Shown: positions 38,832 to 49,237, numbered from the stretch's first letter. The stretch is DNA of 64,000 nt from Alphaproteobacteria bacterium (GCA_033763655.1 JANRKD010000012.1:26606-90605); one strand, 5' to 3'. Numbers and translations: made by a program. Notes: generated from the sequence alone by a model not told the origin.

Positions 38832-40196
38832 TCATGCGCTGGCCTTCGGCTTCTCGGCGACTTCGCTCAAGCCCAGCACCTTGCCGAGCAATTCATAGCC
38901 TTCGGCCAGCGTCGCCGATTCGTTCTCGCGCTGGGTGATGAAGGTTTCCAACTGCGGGTAAAACTGCATGGCGCGGTCGACATCCGGGTCGGTGCCACGG
39001 CGGTAAGCGCCGAGGCGAATCAGCTCCGCCATGTTCTCGTAGGTCGCCATGAAGCGGCGCGCGACCATAATCAGTTGGTTTTCGTATTCGCTGTTGGCAT
39101 CAGGCAGCATCCGCGACACGGATTTGAGGATGTTGATGGCGGGGTAGCGCCCGCGCTGCGCAATTTCGCGGTCGAGCACGATATGCCCGTCGAGAATCCC
39201 ACGCACGGCGTCGGCAATCGGCTCGTTGGTGTCGTCGCCCTCGACCAGCACGGTGAACATGCCAGTAATCGAACCGCTGCCGTTGAGTCCCGGCCCGGCG
39301 CGCTCCAGCAGGCGCGGCAATTCCGAGAACACCGTCGGCGGGTAGCCCTTGGTGGTCGGCGGCTCGCCTGCGGAAAGGCCAATCTCGCGTTGCGCCATGG
39401 CAAAACGGGTGACGGAATCCATCAGGCAGAGCACGTCCTGATTCTGATCGCGGAAATACTCAGCGATGGCAAGCGTGGTGTAGGCCGCCTGCCGCCGCAT
39501 CAACGCCGAATCCGATGAGGTGGCGACCACCAGCACCGAGCGCTTCAAGCCCTCCTCGCCCAGATCGTCCTCGATGAATTCCTGCACCTCGCGCCCGCGT
39601 TCGCCGACCAGACCGATGACGTTGACATCCGCCTGACTGTAGCGCGCCAGCATCGACATCAGGATGGATTTCCCCACCCCCGACCCGGCAAAAATCCCCA
39701 ACCGCTTGCCGCGGCAGGTTGTGAGAAAAGTGTTGATGGCGCGCACGCCCATATCCATTTTACCCGCGACCCGCGCCCGTTTCGCCGCCGGCAGGGGGTT
39801 GGCGCGCAACAGGTAAGGCAGGCCACCGCGCAGCAGCGGGCCTTTGCCATCGAGCGGGTTGCCCATCGGGTCCACGACGCGGCCCAGCCAGGCATCCGAC
39901 GGCTCGACCGCCGAGGCGCTGGCCACCACCGTCACCCGGGCGCCAAGGCCGACGCCTTCGACCGAGCCGAACGGCATCAGCAGCGCTACATTCTCGCGGA
40001 AGCCCACCACCTCGCACAGCACCTGATGGTCGGCGCCATGGGTACCCTGCACCGCGCACCGCGCGCCCACGCTCAGCAATGCCTCGATCCCCGCGCATTC
40101 AATCAGCAGCCCCTTGATTGCCACCACGCGCCCCATCGCCTGCGCGGCAGGCAGGCGCTCAATCTCTTGCAATAAATGCTGGCGGCTCGGGGTCAT
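38832..40196 (-). CDS. fliI: Flagellum-specific ATPase FliI
   Basis: 454 aa with Walker A GSGVGKS and Walker B VLCLMDSVTRFA. F1-ATPase beta-like core. Confidence 0.92.
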   Translation of the reverse strand: MTPSRQHLLQEIERLPAAQAMGRVVAIKGLLIECAGIEALLSVGARCAVQGTHGADHQVLCEVVGFRENVALLMPFGSVEGVGLGARVTVVASASAVEPSDAWLGRVVDPMGNPLDGKGPLLRGGLPYLLRANPLPAAKRARVAGKMDMGVRAINTFLTTCRGKRLGIFAGSGVGKSILMSMLARYSQADVNVIGLVGERGREVQEFIEDDLGEEGLKRSVLVVATSSDSALMRRQAAYTTLAIAEYFRDQNQDVLCLMDSVTRFAMAQREIGLSAGEPPTTKGYPPTVFSELPRLLERAGPGLNGSGSITGMFTVLVEGDDTNEPIADAVRGILDGHIVLDREIAQRGRYPAINILKSVSRMLPDANSEYENQLIMVARRFMATYENMAELIRLGAYRRGTDPDVDRAMQFYPQLETFITQRENESATLAEGYELLGKVLGLSEVAEKPKASA

Positions 40197-40466
40197 ACCG
40201 CCAGCATAACAGAATCAACCGCCACTCGCCAGCGTGACTGCTATCTACTCCTTCCCAATACGAATGAGGCTATTTTCCGGCGCCCTCCCGAAATCGCTTG
40301 AAGAGGGGTGAGGGTGTTTCATCCTTATGGGGAAGGACTATAAGTGGCAGAACCGCATGGCAGCAGCACATACCCGCGCCCATCCCCCCTCTTTTTGTCG
40401 TCTTTTGCGCCACTCATTCGTCAATAATTCCTTAATAGTTAAAATTCTAGTTGAGTTTGGGGATGG

Positions 40467-40482
40467 TTAATAGTATATTAAC
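40467..40482 (+). promoter_or_regulatory. Consensus CtrA box TTAA-N7-TTAAC in the fliI/ctrA divergent intergenic region
   Basis: Read directly: ttaa-tagtata-ttaac, about 120 nt upstream of the ctrA ATG. Further TTAA half-sites lie at 40432-40445 and 40486-40497. Confidence 0.45.
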
Positions 40483-40598
40483 GCTTAACACGTTAAGGAA
40501 TGCGGGCGGATTGCCAGCTTATTGGCTCGCGTTTGTTAATATTCGTCGCCACAAAACATAAAACGGCTCTCTTTCAAACCCACGTATCAGGAGACACC

Positions 40599-41333
40599 AT
40601 GCGCGTATTACTCGTTGAAGATGATCCCTCCACCGCCAAAGCGATTGAGCTTTCGCTCGCCTCCGAAGGCATTATCTGTGACACCACCGAGCTGGGCGAA
40701 GAGGGCCTTGAGATCGGCAAGATGTATGATTACGACATCATCATCCTCGACCTGATGCTGCCCGATATCGACGGCTACGAGGTGCTGCGCCGCTTCCGCG
40801 CTGCCAAAATCAACACCCCGATTCTCATTCTCTCGGGCCTTTCGGGGCCGGATCAGAAAATCAAGGGCCTGGGCTACGGGGCGGATGATTACCTGACCAA
40901 ACCCTTCAACAAAGGTGAGCTGATTGCCCTCATTCAGGCGATTGTCCGCCGCAGCAAGGGCCATTCGGAATCCATCATCCGCACCGGCAAGCTGACCGTC
41001 AACCTCGACACCCGCGCGGTAGAGGTCGATGGCAAGCCCCTGCACCTGACCAGCAAGGAATACGGCATCATCGAGCTGCTCTCGCTGCGCAAAGGCTCCA
41101 CCCTGACCAAGGAAATGTTCTTGAACCACCTCTATGGCGGGATTGATGAACCGGAACTGAAAATTATCGACGTCTTCGTCTGCAAACTGCGCAAAAAACT
41201 GCAGGATGCTTCGGGCGGCGATAACTACATCGAAACCGTGTGGGGCCGCGGCTATGTGCTCAAGGAGACGGATGCCGTGCTGGAGCCCTCGCCAAAGGAA
41301 GCCAAACGCCGTAAGGTCGCGCAGGACGCATAA
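40599..41333 (+). CDS. ctrA: Cell-cycle response regulator CtrA
   Basis: Start trimmed to [17 protein letters not shown] (RBS AGGAGA). Long near-identical blocks match CtrA proteins as I recall them ([42 protein letters not shown]). Confidence 0.9.
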   Translation: MRVLLVEDDPSTAKAIELSLASEGIICDTTELGEEGLEIGKMYDYDIIILDLMLPDIDGYEVLRRFRAAKINTPILILSGLSGPDQKIKGLGYGADDYLTKPFNKGELIALIQAIVRRSKGHSESIIRTGKLTVNLDTRAVEVDGKPLHLTSKEYGIIELLSLRKGSTLTKEMFLNHLYGGIDEPELKIIDVFVCKLRKKLQDASGGDNYIETVWGRGYVLKETDAVLEPSPKEAKRRKVAQDA

Positions 41334-41352
41334 GCCACTTTACGGTAAAAAA

Positions 41353-41384
41353 GGGGCACCACCGCAAGGTAGTGCCCCTTTTTA
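41353..41384. terminator. Bidirectional rho-independent terminator between ctrA and cheR
   Basis: aaaaa-GGGGCAC-caccgcaaggta-GTGCCCC-ttttt, read directly. Confidence 0.6.
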
Positions 41385-41410
41385 TATGCCCATGTTTAGG
41401 GATTCTCTTT

Positions 41411-42229
41411 CTAAGCCAGCGAGAACAGGCCGCGATGATTTTCTATGGTTTTGTATTTCGTGGTCAGGCCGTTGGTGGTCTCGGAACCACCAAGGAAAAG
41501 ATAGCCCGGCACATTCAGAATCGCCGCCATACGGTCCAGCACATCGGCTTTGGTTTTCTCGTCGAAATAAATCAGCACGTTGCGGCAGAAGATAATGTCA
41601 AACCGGCCCACGGCGGCATAGGGCGCGAGCAGGTTGCCGGTGGTGAACTTGACCATCGACTTGATGGCGTCGTTAATTTCCCAGTTATTGTTCGGGCGCT
41701 GCGTGAAATATTTCATCAGCAGTGAAATCGGCAACCCGCGCTGGATTTCAAACTGGCTATACATCCCCGCTTTCGCCCGATCGACCACTTTATCGGCAAG
41801 GTCGGTTGCATAAATCTCCGCCGAGAAGCCGGGATATTTCGCCGCTTCTTCCTTCAGCGTCATCGCGATCGAATACGCCTCCTGCCCGGTCGAGCAAGCC
41901 GCCGACCAGATGCGGATGGAATTGCGCCCTTTCGCCTTCAAATCCGGCAGGATGACTTTGGCCAACTGGTCGAACGGCTTGGCATCGCGGAAAAACATCG
42001 ACTCGTTGGTGGTCATCGACTCCACCACCTGATGCACCAGCGGCGCGCTCGGGTTGCTGCGCAGGCGGGCAATCAGCTCGCGCACATCCGCCATACCATT
42101 TGCTTTGGCGATCGGTCCAAGGCGGGTGTCGATAAGGTAGCCCTTATCCGGCGTCAGCGCGAGGCCCGAACGCTGCTTCAGCAGGGTCGAAATAAAATCG
42201 AATTCGTCGTTGCTGAGTGCGAGGGTCAT
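41411..42229 (-). CDS. cheR: Chemotaxis protein methyltransferase CheR
   Basis: 272 aa with ETYFFR-like NESMFFRD, IWSAACSTGQEAYSIAM and IFCRNVLIYFD. Confidence 0.9.
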   Translation of the reverse strand: MTLALSNDEFDFISTLLKQRSGLALTPDKGYLIDTRLGPIAKANGMADVRELIARLRSNPSAPLVHQVVESMTTNESMFFRDAKPFDQLAKVILPDLKAKGRNSIRIWSAACSTGQEAYSIAMTLKEEAAKYPGFSAEIYATDLADKVVDRAKAGMYSQFEIQRGLPISLLMKYFTQRPNNNWEINDAIKSMVKFTTGNLLAPYAAVGRFDIIFCRNVLIYFDEKTKADVLDRMAAILNVPGYLFLGGSETTNGLTTKYKTIENHRGLFSLA

Positions 42230-43335
42230 GTCACCGCCTTAATGAGGAAGGGCGCAATGGCATTTAACGCAAACACCGCGCTTGTCAACTTGGCATCCGC
42301 CACCGACTTAGGCATCCCGTAGACCACGCAGCTTGCTTCGTCCTGCGTCACCACGCCGCCGCCGCTGGCGACAATGGCGCTGGCCCCGCGCGCACCGTCG
42401 GAGCCAAGCCCCGTCAACACGGCGGCCACCAGCTTGTCATTGTAGATTTTGGCGAGGCTGCGAAACATCGGGTCGGCGGAAGGCCGGCAGAAATTCTCCG
42501 GCGGATCCTGATTGAGTTTGATGCGGCAGGCGCTCGTCCCCACGCGCGTGGCCGTGAGGTGGTAATCGCCCGGCGCGAGATAGATAATCCCGGGCTTCAC
42601 TTCCTCCTCGTCAATCGCCTCGTGGCAATCAAACCCCGAGGCCTTGCTGATATGGTCGGCCAGAATCGCGGTGAAGTTTGGCGGCATCTGCTGGGTGATA
42701 AAAATAGGCGTACGCAGGCTAACGCCCCTGAATTCGCGAAAGATGTGCAACAGCGCCTGCGGCCCGCCGGTCGAAGAGGCAATCGCCAGCGCCTCCATGC
42801 TGCGCATCTGCTCGGCACGTTTCAATGCCTGCGTGGGTGCGGGGATGGGCGAAGGCATCTCGTGTGTCCGGGCCTGCGCTGCGGGCGCCTTGCTGGCTGC
42901 CGGTGGCACGGGGTTCGAGGTCGCGCGCACATGCGGTGCCAGCGCCTTGACCTTGGCGATGAGTTCGCGGTAAAATTCACTCACCTGACCGGCGTCGCGC
43001 GTTGAGGGCTTGGCAATATAATCCGCCGCCCCCATCTGCATCGCACGCACGCTGATTTCGGCGTTACGCGTACTTAAGGTCGAGGCCATGATAACGCGCG
43101 TCTTTGGGGCAATCGCCAGCAATTCGGGCAATGCTGTCATCCCATCCATCACCGGCATTTCCACGTCGAGCACGATGACATCCACCGGGGTTTTCCTGAG
43201 CATGCTGATAGCAATTTCTCCATTCGCTGCCGAGGCCACCACTTCAAACGCGCCGTCCTCCCGGAGGGCACGGTCGAAAAGACCGCGCACCACGGCCGAA
43301 TCATCGACCAGCATGACGCGAATGCGATCGGACAT
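42226..43335 (-). CDS. cheB: Protein-glutamate methylesterase/response regulator CheB
   Basis: 369 aa: receiver (IRVMLVDDSAVVR) plus methylesterase domain (IASSTGGPQAL, GLGSDGA). Confidence 0.9.
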   Translation of the reverse strand: MSDRIRVMLVDDSAVVRGLFDRALREDGAFEVVASAANGEIAISMLRKTPVDVIVLDVEMPVMDGMTALPELLAIAPKTRVIMASTLSTRNAEISVRAMQMGAADYIAKPSTRDAGQVSEFYRELIAKVKALAPHVRATSNPVPPAASKAPAAQARTHEMPSPIPAPTQALKRAEQMRSMEALAIASSTGGPQALLHIFREFRGVSLRTPIFITQQMPPNFTAILADHISKASGFDCHEAIDEEEVKPGIIYLAPGDYHLTATRVGTSACRIKLNQDPPENFCRPSADPMFRSLAKIYNDKLVAAVLTGLGSDGARGASAIVASGGGVVTQDEASCVVYGMPKSVADAKLTSAVFALNAIAPFLIKAVT

Positions 43336-43716
43336 TTACTGTGCCCCATCTTCGATAATGCCCAGTTGCACCAGCTTGCCTGCAATAATCGCCTCGTCGA
43401 ACGGCTTCATGACATATTCATCCGCGCCGTTGGTCATCGCCATCTGGATTTTGGTGAAGTCGTTCTCGGTGGTGCAGAAAATGATTTTCGGCTGGCTGAT
43501 GGTCGCATCCGCGCGGATGACCTTCATGCATTCCATGCCGTCCATCACCGGCATGTTCCAGTCGAGGATCATCACATCCACCGCGTGGGCGCGGGCCTGA
43601 TCCACCGCCTCGCGGCCATTTTCCGCCTCCAGGATATTAAACCCGAACACCTCGACGATGCGGCGCACCACCTTGCGCACGATCTTGGAATCATCGACAA
43701 TCAGACAGGTTTTCAT
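43336..43716 (-). CDS. cheY: CheY-like single-domain response regulator
   Basis: 126 aa with DD, DWNMPVMDG and KPF motifs. Confidence 0.85.
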   Translation of the reverse strand: MKTCLIVDDSKIVRKVVRRIVEVFGFNILEAENGREAVDQARAHAVDVMILDWNMPVMDGMECMKVIRADATISQPKIIFCTTENDFTKIQMAMTNGADEYVMKPFDEAIIAGKLVQLGIIEDGAQ

Positions 43717-44207
43717 GCTGCGTCCTTGGCCTTGAGGTTAATCACATGCGCCACGTCGAGGATCACCAGCAGTTCTTTTTCCAGCTTGAAGACACCAGCG
43801 GCGAGCGCGCGCCAGCCGGCATCCATGTTCGACGGCACTTTCTCGAAGCGGTTCATCGGCAGGGAAAGCACATCGCCCACCGCGTCCACCATCAGCGCGA
43901 ACAATTCATGCTGGAAATCGACCACCACCATCATGATTTTTTTAGGCTCCGGATAGGGCGGCAGGCCAAGGCGGCGGCGCATATCGTAGGCGGTAACAAT
44001 CCGCCCACGCACGTTGAGCGAACCGGCGATGACCTCCTGCGTGAGCGGAATCGGCGCGATATGCTGGTGGCGCATGACATCCTGCACCGCGAGCACGGAA
44101 ATGCCGAATAACTGTTGCCCCAACCGCAGCGTGACAAACTCCTGCTGCGCGCCGCTGGCCGTGCCCGCAGGCAGCGCCGAGGTTAAGGTGGTGAGTGCGC
44201 CCGACAT
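43713..44207 (-). CDS. cheW: Chemotaxis coupling protein CheW
   Basis: 164 aa, CheW-like domain (FVTLRLGQQLFGISVLAVQDV, NVRGRIV). Confidence 0.85.
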   Translation of the reverse strand: MSGALTTLTSALPAGTASGAQQEFVTLRLGQQLFGISVLAVQDVMRHQHIAPIPLTQEVIAGSLNVRGRIVTAYDMRRRLGLPPYPEPKKIMMVVVDFQHELFALMVDAVGDVLSLPMNRFEKVPSNMDAGWRALAAGVFKLEKELLVILDVAHVINLKAKDAA

Positions 44208-47020
44208 TATGCAGCCTCCCTTTTTGCGCTAAGTTGCCGTGTCATTTCCGCCAGCAGCGCCTCGCGATCGGTTTTGAGAATAATCCCGTCGATACCGACT
44301 TTCAGTGCGCGTTGCTTGAAAATATCGTTGACGGTCGAGGTAAAGGCGATAATCGGCACCCGGGCCATGCGCGGATCCAGCCGCAGGCGTTGCGCCAGCT
44401 CGAAACCATCCATCTCCGGCATCTCGATATCGGTGACGATGAGATCGAAATTGCCCTGCTGCGTCTGTGCGACCTCCAGCGCCTCGTAGGGGCTCGCCGC
44501 CTCGGAAACAACGTACCCCACATCCGACAGGAACGGCACAATCAGCTTGCGGAAGAACAGGCTGTCCTCGACCAGCAGCACCTTAAGCCCATTCACTTTC
44601 GGCGCGCTGTTGCCCAGATGGCTCAAATCATTGACCAGATCCTTGAGCAGATACCCGACATCCACCACATCCGTGGTTTTGCCCATAATCACGATGCTGC
44701 CGAGGAAATATTCCTCCGACGCCGTGATTTTAATCGCCAGTGGCGATTCCACAATGTCGGTAATCGAATCCACAATCAGCCCAATCGTGCGATTGTCGTA
44801 AGTGAACACCACCACATCGAACGAACCTTCGGTTGGAATCGCCATGTCGGGCAGGGTTTTGAGGCGCATCAGATCGCCCCGGTACTGCACCACATGGTCA
44901 CGCCCCGAAAGCTCAACCGAGCTTGCCTCAATCACCTCCAGCCGCGACACCAGTTCGAGCGGCACCGCTTTGGGCGCTCCCGCACCTGCTTTGAAAATGA
45001 GGAAGCTGGCCAGTTTTTCGCGGGTCGCCGCCGCCGCTTGCGCGTCTTCGTCTTCCTTCCCGGCGCCTTCGAGGTTGCCCAGCGATTTCGCCAACCCGTT
45101 CGGGTCGAGGATCATAATCACGCTGCCATCGCCCAGAATGGTGTTGCCGGAATAAACGTCGATATTACCGAGCACCGGACTGACCGGCTTAACCACGATT
45201 TCTTCGGTATCGTAAATCTTATCGAGGATAATGCCAAAATCCGTCGCGCCGATGCGCAGTACCGCCACATAGGCATTCAGCGGCGATGCCGCGTCGCCGC
45301 CTTCGGCCTGCGCCTCCTGCTCCGCCGACAGGCCGAGCACGTCGCGCAGGTTAATCAGCGGCAGTAATTTATCCCGCAGGCGCAACACCCCGGACTCGTT
45401 GATATTCTCGACCTTATATTCCGACCCCTCGCCGACCCGCACCAGCTCCAGCACGTTGAGCTGCGGCACCGCAAACCGGTGGCCCGAGGTTTCCACCAGC
45501 AGCACCGAAACAATCGCCAGCGTCAGCGGGATTTTAATATGGAAGGTGGAGCCTTTGTTTTTGGCCGAGGACAGCGACACTGTTCCCCCGATTTTTTCGA
45601 TGTTGGTGCGCACCACATCCATGCCCACACCGCGGCCAGAAACACTCGTCACCTTCTCGGCGGTCGAGAACCCGGCCTTAAAGACAAACTGCATAATCTG
45701 GTCGTCGGACATCTGATCGAGCTGCGCGTCGGTCGCCAGGTCTTTCTCGACGATTTTCTGTTTGATGCGCTCGATATTCAGGCCACGCCCGTCATCCTTA
45801 ATCTCGATGATGATATGCCCGCCCTCGTGGAAGGCCGACAGCGTCACCGTGCCGACTTCAGGCTTGCCCACCGCCACGCGGTCGGCCGGCTGCTCAAGCC
45901 CGTGGTCGCACGAGTTGCGCACCATGTGGGTGAGTGGGTCCTTGATCATTTCCAGCAACTGGCGATCCAGCTCGGTGGCTTCCCCAATCATTTTCAGTTC
46001 GATTTTTTTATTCAGCTCCATCGACAAATCGCGAATCAGCCGCGGGAATTTCGACCACGCATTGCCAATCGGCTGCATGCGCGTTTTCATGACGCTTTCC
46101 TGCAGCTCGGTGGTAATCTGCGACAATTGCTGCAACGGGCCTTTCAGCTCGCGCTCCTCGCGGTGACGCACCACCTGCAGCAGCTGGTTGCGGGTGAGCA
46201 CCAGCTCGCCCACCATCTGCATCAGGCTTTCCAGCACGTCGATATTGACGCGGATACTTTGCGCCGCCGCGTGGCTGCCGCCTTCTTTGGCGTCGGTATC
46301 GAGCCCCTGCTTGATGGCCTTTTCCTTGGCCTGTTCCGAAATCGGCGGGCGCGCCGCCGGAGCAGCGGCGGCTTCCACCGGTGGGGCTTCCGCCGCCGGG
46401 GCCGTATCGGGCACCAGATAGGTATCGGGCGCGCGGGTGAAATCCATACCGCCTTCCAGTGTCGAGCTGGCGTTGGCGAAGGCGCGCTCAAGCTCGTCCA
46501 TCGCGTCCTGCGAGGTTGAGGAGACAATTTTCATCTCCGCCGGCGAGAACATGCCGTCCACGCGCGGCTCTTCAAACTTCTCGACCGGTTTCGCCGCCTG
46601 CACGGGAGCAGCGGCGGCGGCGGCAGTCGTCACCACCGCACCGTTGGAATCGGCAAACTGGTTCAGGCGCTTGATGAGGTCCTGGTCTTCGCCGTCCGGC
46701 TCGCTGCCATTATCGGAAAGATACTCAATCAGGACTTTAATCCGGTCAATCGCCTCGAGCACAATCGAGATGGCATCGGGGGTGACCACGATTTCCCCAT
46801 CGCGGATTTTACCGAGGACATTCTCCCCCGCATGCGCCACCGACTCCAGCCGGGGCAGCCCAAGAAAGCCGCAGGTGCCTTTAATCGTATGCACCAGACG
46901 GAAAATATTGCCAAGGATACCCTGATCGTTCGGGTTCTGTTCGAGTTTCACCAGTTCGAGATCGAGCACGGCCAGCGATTCCGACGTTTCCGTGATGAAT
47001 TCCCCAATTAAATCATCCAT
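44207..47020 (-). CDS. cheA: Hybrid chemotaxis histidine kinase CheA with C-terminal receiver domain
   Basis: Start trimmed to MDDLIGEF. Hpt (FRLVHTIKGTCGFLG), kinase core (DHGLE, DDGRGL, GRGVGMDVV), CheW-like domain(s), and a C-terminal REC (KVLLVEDSLFFR...VTDIEMPEMDG). Confidence 0.9.
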   Translation of the reverse strand: MDDLIGEFITETSESLAVLDLELVKLEQNPNDQGILGNIFRLVHTIKGTCGFLGLPRLESVAHAGENVLGKIRDGEIVVTPDAISIVLEAIDRIKVLIEYLSDNGSEPDGEDQDLIKRLNQFADSNGAVVTTAAAAAAPVQAAKPVEKFEEPRVDGMFSPAEMKIVSSTSQDAMDELERAFANASSTLEGGMDFTRAPDTYLVPDTAPAAEAPPVEAAAAPAARPPISEQAKEKAIKQGLDTDAKEGGSHAAAQSIRVNIDVLESLMQMVGELVLTRNQLLQVVRHREERELKGPLQQLSQITTELQESVMKTRMQPIGNAWSKFPRLIRDLSMELNKKIELKMIGEATELDRQLLEMIKDPLTHMVRNSCDHGLEQPADRVAVGKPEVGTVTLSAFHEGGHIIIEIKDDGRGLNIERIKQKIVEKDLATDAQLDQMSDDQIMQFVFKAGFSTAEKVTSVSGRGVGMDVVRTNIEKIGGTVSLSSAKNKGSTFHIKIPLTLAIVSVLLVETSGHRFAVPQLNVLELVRVGEGSEYKVENINESGVLRLRDKLLPLINLRDVLGLSAEQEAQAEGGDAASPLNAYVAVLRIGATDFGIILDKIYDTEEIVVKPVSPVLGNIDVYSGNTILGDGSVIMILDPNGLAKSLGNLEGAGKEDEDAQAAAATREKLASFLIFKAGAGAPKAVPLELVSRLEVIEASSVELSGRDHVVQYRGDLMRLKTLPDMAIPTEGSFDVVVFTYDNRTIGLIVDSITDIVESPLAIKITASEEYFLGSIVIMGKTTDVVDVGYLLKDLVNDLSHLGNSAPKVNGLKVLLVEDSLFFRKLIVPFLSDVGYVVSEAASPYEALEVAQTQQGNFDLIVTDIEMPEMDGFELAQRLRLDPRMARVPIIAFTSTVNDIFKQRALKVGIDGIILKTDREALLAEMTRQLSAKREAA

Positions 47021-47113
47021 AAGCCCTGTTCCCTGTGCGAAGTGTGGCAAGCAAATATCCAGTCTTTTTCTAGACCATTTTAGTTCGCCCCATCATACAC
47101 GCGAGAGGTGAAA

Positions 47114-47129
47114 TTAAAAGCGCAATAAC
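47114..47129. promoter_or_regulatory. Imperfect CtrA-box-like motif upstream of cheA
   Basis: ttaa-aagcgca-ataac (one mismatch to TTAA-N7-TTAAC), in the 140-bp cheA/chpT intergenic region. Confidence 0.25.
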
Positions 47130-47189
47130 ACAACCGTTCAGGCAGAATGCATTTTTATGAACATCTGTGGCGAAAAGAATCGGGGTCGA

Positions 47190-47858
47190 TCAGGAAGCGT
47201 TCGCCAACGCCAGATGAGGTTGCGTCAGGCGGAACGAGAGTGTGCCACCCTCGACCGCGAAGCGGATGCTGGCGTGCAACTCCTCGGCCAGTTGCGCAGC
47301 AAGGAAGGGCTGTGCGGTTTTCGGGGAAAGCGTCACCTCCTCGGCGCGGTCATTGAGGATTGCCGCCGTGTCGGAATCCAGCCGGATGGTTTCGCCCACA
47401 ATGGTAACGTCAATTTGCTTTTCGCCCTGCTCCGACTGGGCAACACGCACCGACAGCACCCCGCCACGAATGGCGCTCGCCCCGGCGATAATCAGCAGAT
47501 TGAGTAGCAGGCGCGACATTTTCTGGCTGATGGATACACCCGAAGCATCGGTATGGCTATCGGGCCAGTCGAGCTTCACCTTGGTGCCGGAGAAAAAATC
47601 GAGGGCGATTTTTTTCTTATCCGAAAGCGAGGCCTCGCCCGACTCGCCAACGCGACCATAGGCCTGACGGTAGAATTGCAGGCGGTTGACCGCTTCATGT
47701 GCGCTGGTCACAATCAGCTGCACTGCCTCGTTCTGCATGTCGAACCCCTCCTCATCGAGGAACTCGGCGCCGTTATTCACCGCCCCGATCGGGCCGGTCA
47801 AATCGTGGCACAGGCGGGTGGCAATCATCTCGGCCAGTCTGGTGTCATGGTGAATCAT
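47190..47858 (-). CDS. chpT: Histidine phosphotransferase ChpT family protein
   Basis: 222 aa. N-terminal LAEMIATRLCHDLTGPIGAVNNGAEFLDEE matches the ChpT phospho-His helix (ARLCHDxxxPxxAxxxGxxLL) as I recall it from Caulobacter ChpT. Confidence 0.7.
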   Translation of the reverse strand: MIHHDTRLAEMIATRLCHDLTGPIGAVNNGAEFLDEEGFDMQNEAVQLIVTSAHEAVNRLQFYRQAYGRVGESGEASLSDKKKIALDFFSGTKVKLDWPDSHTDASGVSISQKMSRLLLNLLIIAGASAIRGGVLSVRVAQSEQGEKQIDVTIVGETIRLDSDTAAILNDRAEEVTLSPKTAQPFLAAQLAEELHASIRFAVEGGTLSFRLTQPHLALANAS

Positions 47859-47957
47859 GGGAAAGCTCCTTCGTGCCCCGTACCTAGCGTCTATTTTGGC
47901 GCCGTCATTGTAGCAGTCTTACATCCCGGATACTACGCTTCAACTCTAAAGAAATCG

Positions 47958-48536
47958 TTAAGCTTTGGGGAATAATTTCGCCTCGATGAGCGCGGCCAGC
48001 GCATGCAGCGCCACCATGTGCGCCTCCTGCACATGGGCGGTGATAAGCGAGGGAACTACCAGCACAAAATCCGCCGCGACGGGCGTGCCGCTGCGCAGCT
48101 TTTCGCCCGAAAAAAGCGCCGTCTTTACGCCGTTGGTGCGGGCGGTAGCCAGCGCACGCAGCACGTTGGGGCTGCGGCCCGACGTGCTCAGCGCAATCAG
48201 CACATCCCCCGCCTGCCCCAACGCCTCGACCTGCCGCGCGAAGACATAGTCATAGGCATAATCATTGGCGATGGCAGTCAGGATGCCCGTATCGGCAGAG
48301 AGCGCGATGGCAGGTAAGGCGCGGCGGTCATCGACAAAACGACCCACGAACTCGCCCGCAATATGCATCGCATCGCACGCGCTGCCCCCGTTACCACAGA
48401 AAAGCAGCTTGCGACCGCCCATGACCGCCTCGGCGCAGGTGGCGGCGAGGGCCTCGATGGCGGCATGTTCGGCGTGAAGGAAGCCATCGACTGCGGCGCG
48501 GTGGTTCTCGGCAATGGATTGCAGCAACGGGTTCAT
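47958..48536 (-). CDS. gmhA: SIS-domain phosphoheptose isomerase
   Basis: 192 aa with [12 protein letters not shown] and [11 protein letters not shown] motifs. Confidence 0.8.
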   Translation of the reverse strand: MNPLLQSIAENHRAAVDGFLHAEHAAIEALAATCAEAVMGGRKLLFCGNGGSACDAMHIAGEFVGRFVDDRRALPAIALSADTGILTAIANDYAYDYVFARQVEALGQAGDVLIALSTSGRSPNVLRALATARTNGVKTALFSGEKLRSGTPVAADFVLVVPSLITAHVQEAHMVALHALAALIEAKLFPKA

Positions 48537-49189
48537 GCGCGCAGCGCCTCGATATTCTTGGCGTAATCCGCCGCGTTGCCGGTGAAAACGGCACTGCCGG
48601 CCACCAGCACATTGGCGCCCGCCGCCACCACCTGCCGGGCGGTCTGCGGGGTGATGCCGCCATCCACCTCCAGCAGAATATCGCGCCCCGAGGCGGCAAT
48701 CATCGCCCGCACCGCCTGAATTTTCCGTAGCTGGCTGGGGAGGAAACTTTGCCCGCCGAAACCGGGGTTGACCGTCATCAGCAGGATTAAATCGACCTCG
48801 CCCATCACATACTGCAACGCCGATTCATGCGTCGAAGGGCAGAGCGCCACCCCCGCCTTTTTACCCAGCGCCTTGATGCTGGCCACCGCACGGTCGAGAT
48901 GCGGCGTCGCCTCGGCATGCACGGTAATAATGTCGGCCCCCGCTTTTGCAAATTCAGGAATCAGCGCCAGCGCCGAAATCATCAGGTGCACATCAAGCGG
49001 CAATGCCGTATGCGGGCGAATGGCCGCCACCACACTTGCTCCCATCGTCAGGTTGGGCACGAAATGGCCGTCCATCACATCGACATGCACGAGGTCGGCA
49101 CCGGCATTGCTAATGGCCACCACTTCCTCTCCCAACCGCGCGAAATCGGCGGAAAGGATGGAAGGTGCAATCTGAATTGTATGTGCCAT
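48533..49189 (-). CDS. rpe: Ribulose-phosphate 3-epimerase
   Basis: 218 aa with [32 protein letters not shown] and VDGG. Confidence 0.92.
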   Translation of the reverse strand: MAHTIQIAPSILSADFARLGEEVVAISNAGADLVHVDVMDGHFVPNLTMGASVVAAIRPHTALPLDVHLMISALALIPEFAKAGADIITVHAEATPHLDRAVASIKALGKKAGVALCPSTHESALQYVMGEVDLILLMTVNPGFGGQSFLPSQLRKIQAVRAMIAASGRDILLEVDGGITPQTARQVVAAGANVLVAGSAVFTGNAADYAKNIEALRA

Positions 49190-49237
49190 ATGCTACGGCC
49201 ATAGCAGCGCAGGCAGGTAGCGACAATCAAAACTTAG

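Noticed and set aside
40500-40598. N-terminal extension of ctrA (ORF track start at 40500)
   Set aside because: The conserved CtrA sequence begins at MRVLLVEDD (ATG 40599) with an AGGAGA RBS. The extension would run through the AT-rich promoter and CtrA-box region.
44195-46519. Two long + strand ORFs (44195..45367 and 45479..46519)
   Set aside because: Both lie antisense to cheA, whose Hpt, kinase, CheW and REC motifs are unambiguous. The composition is typical of GC-rich shadow frames.
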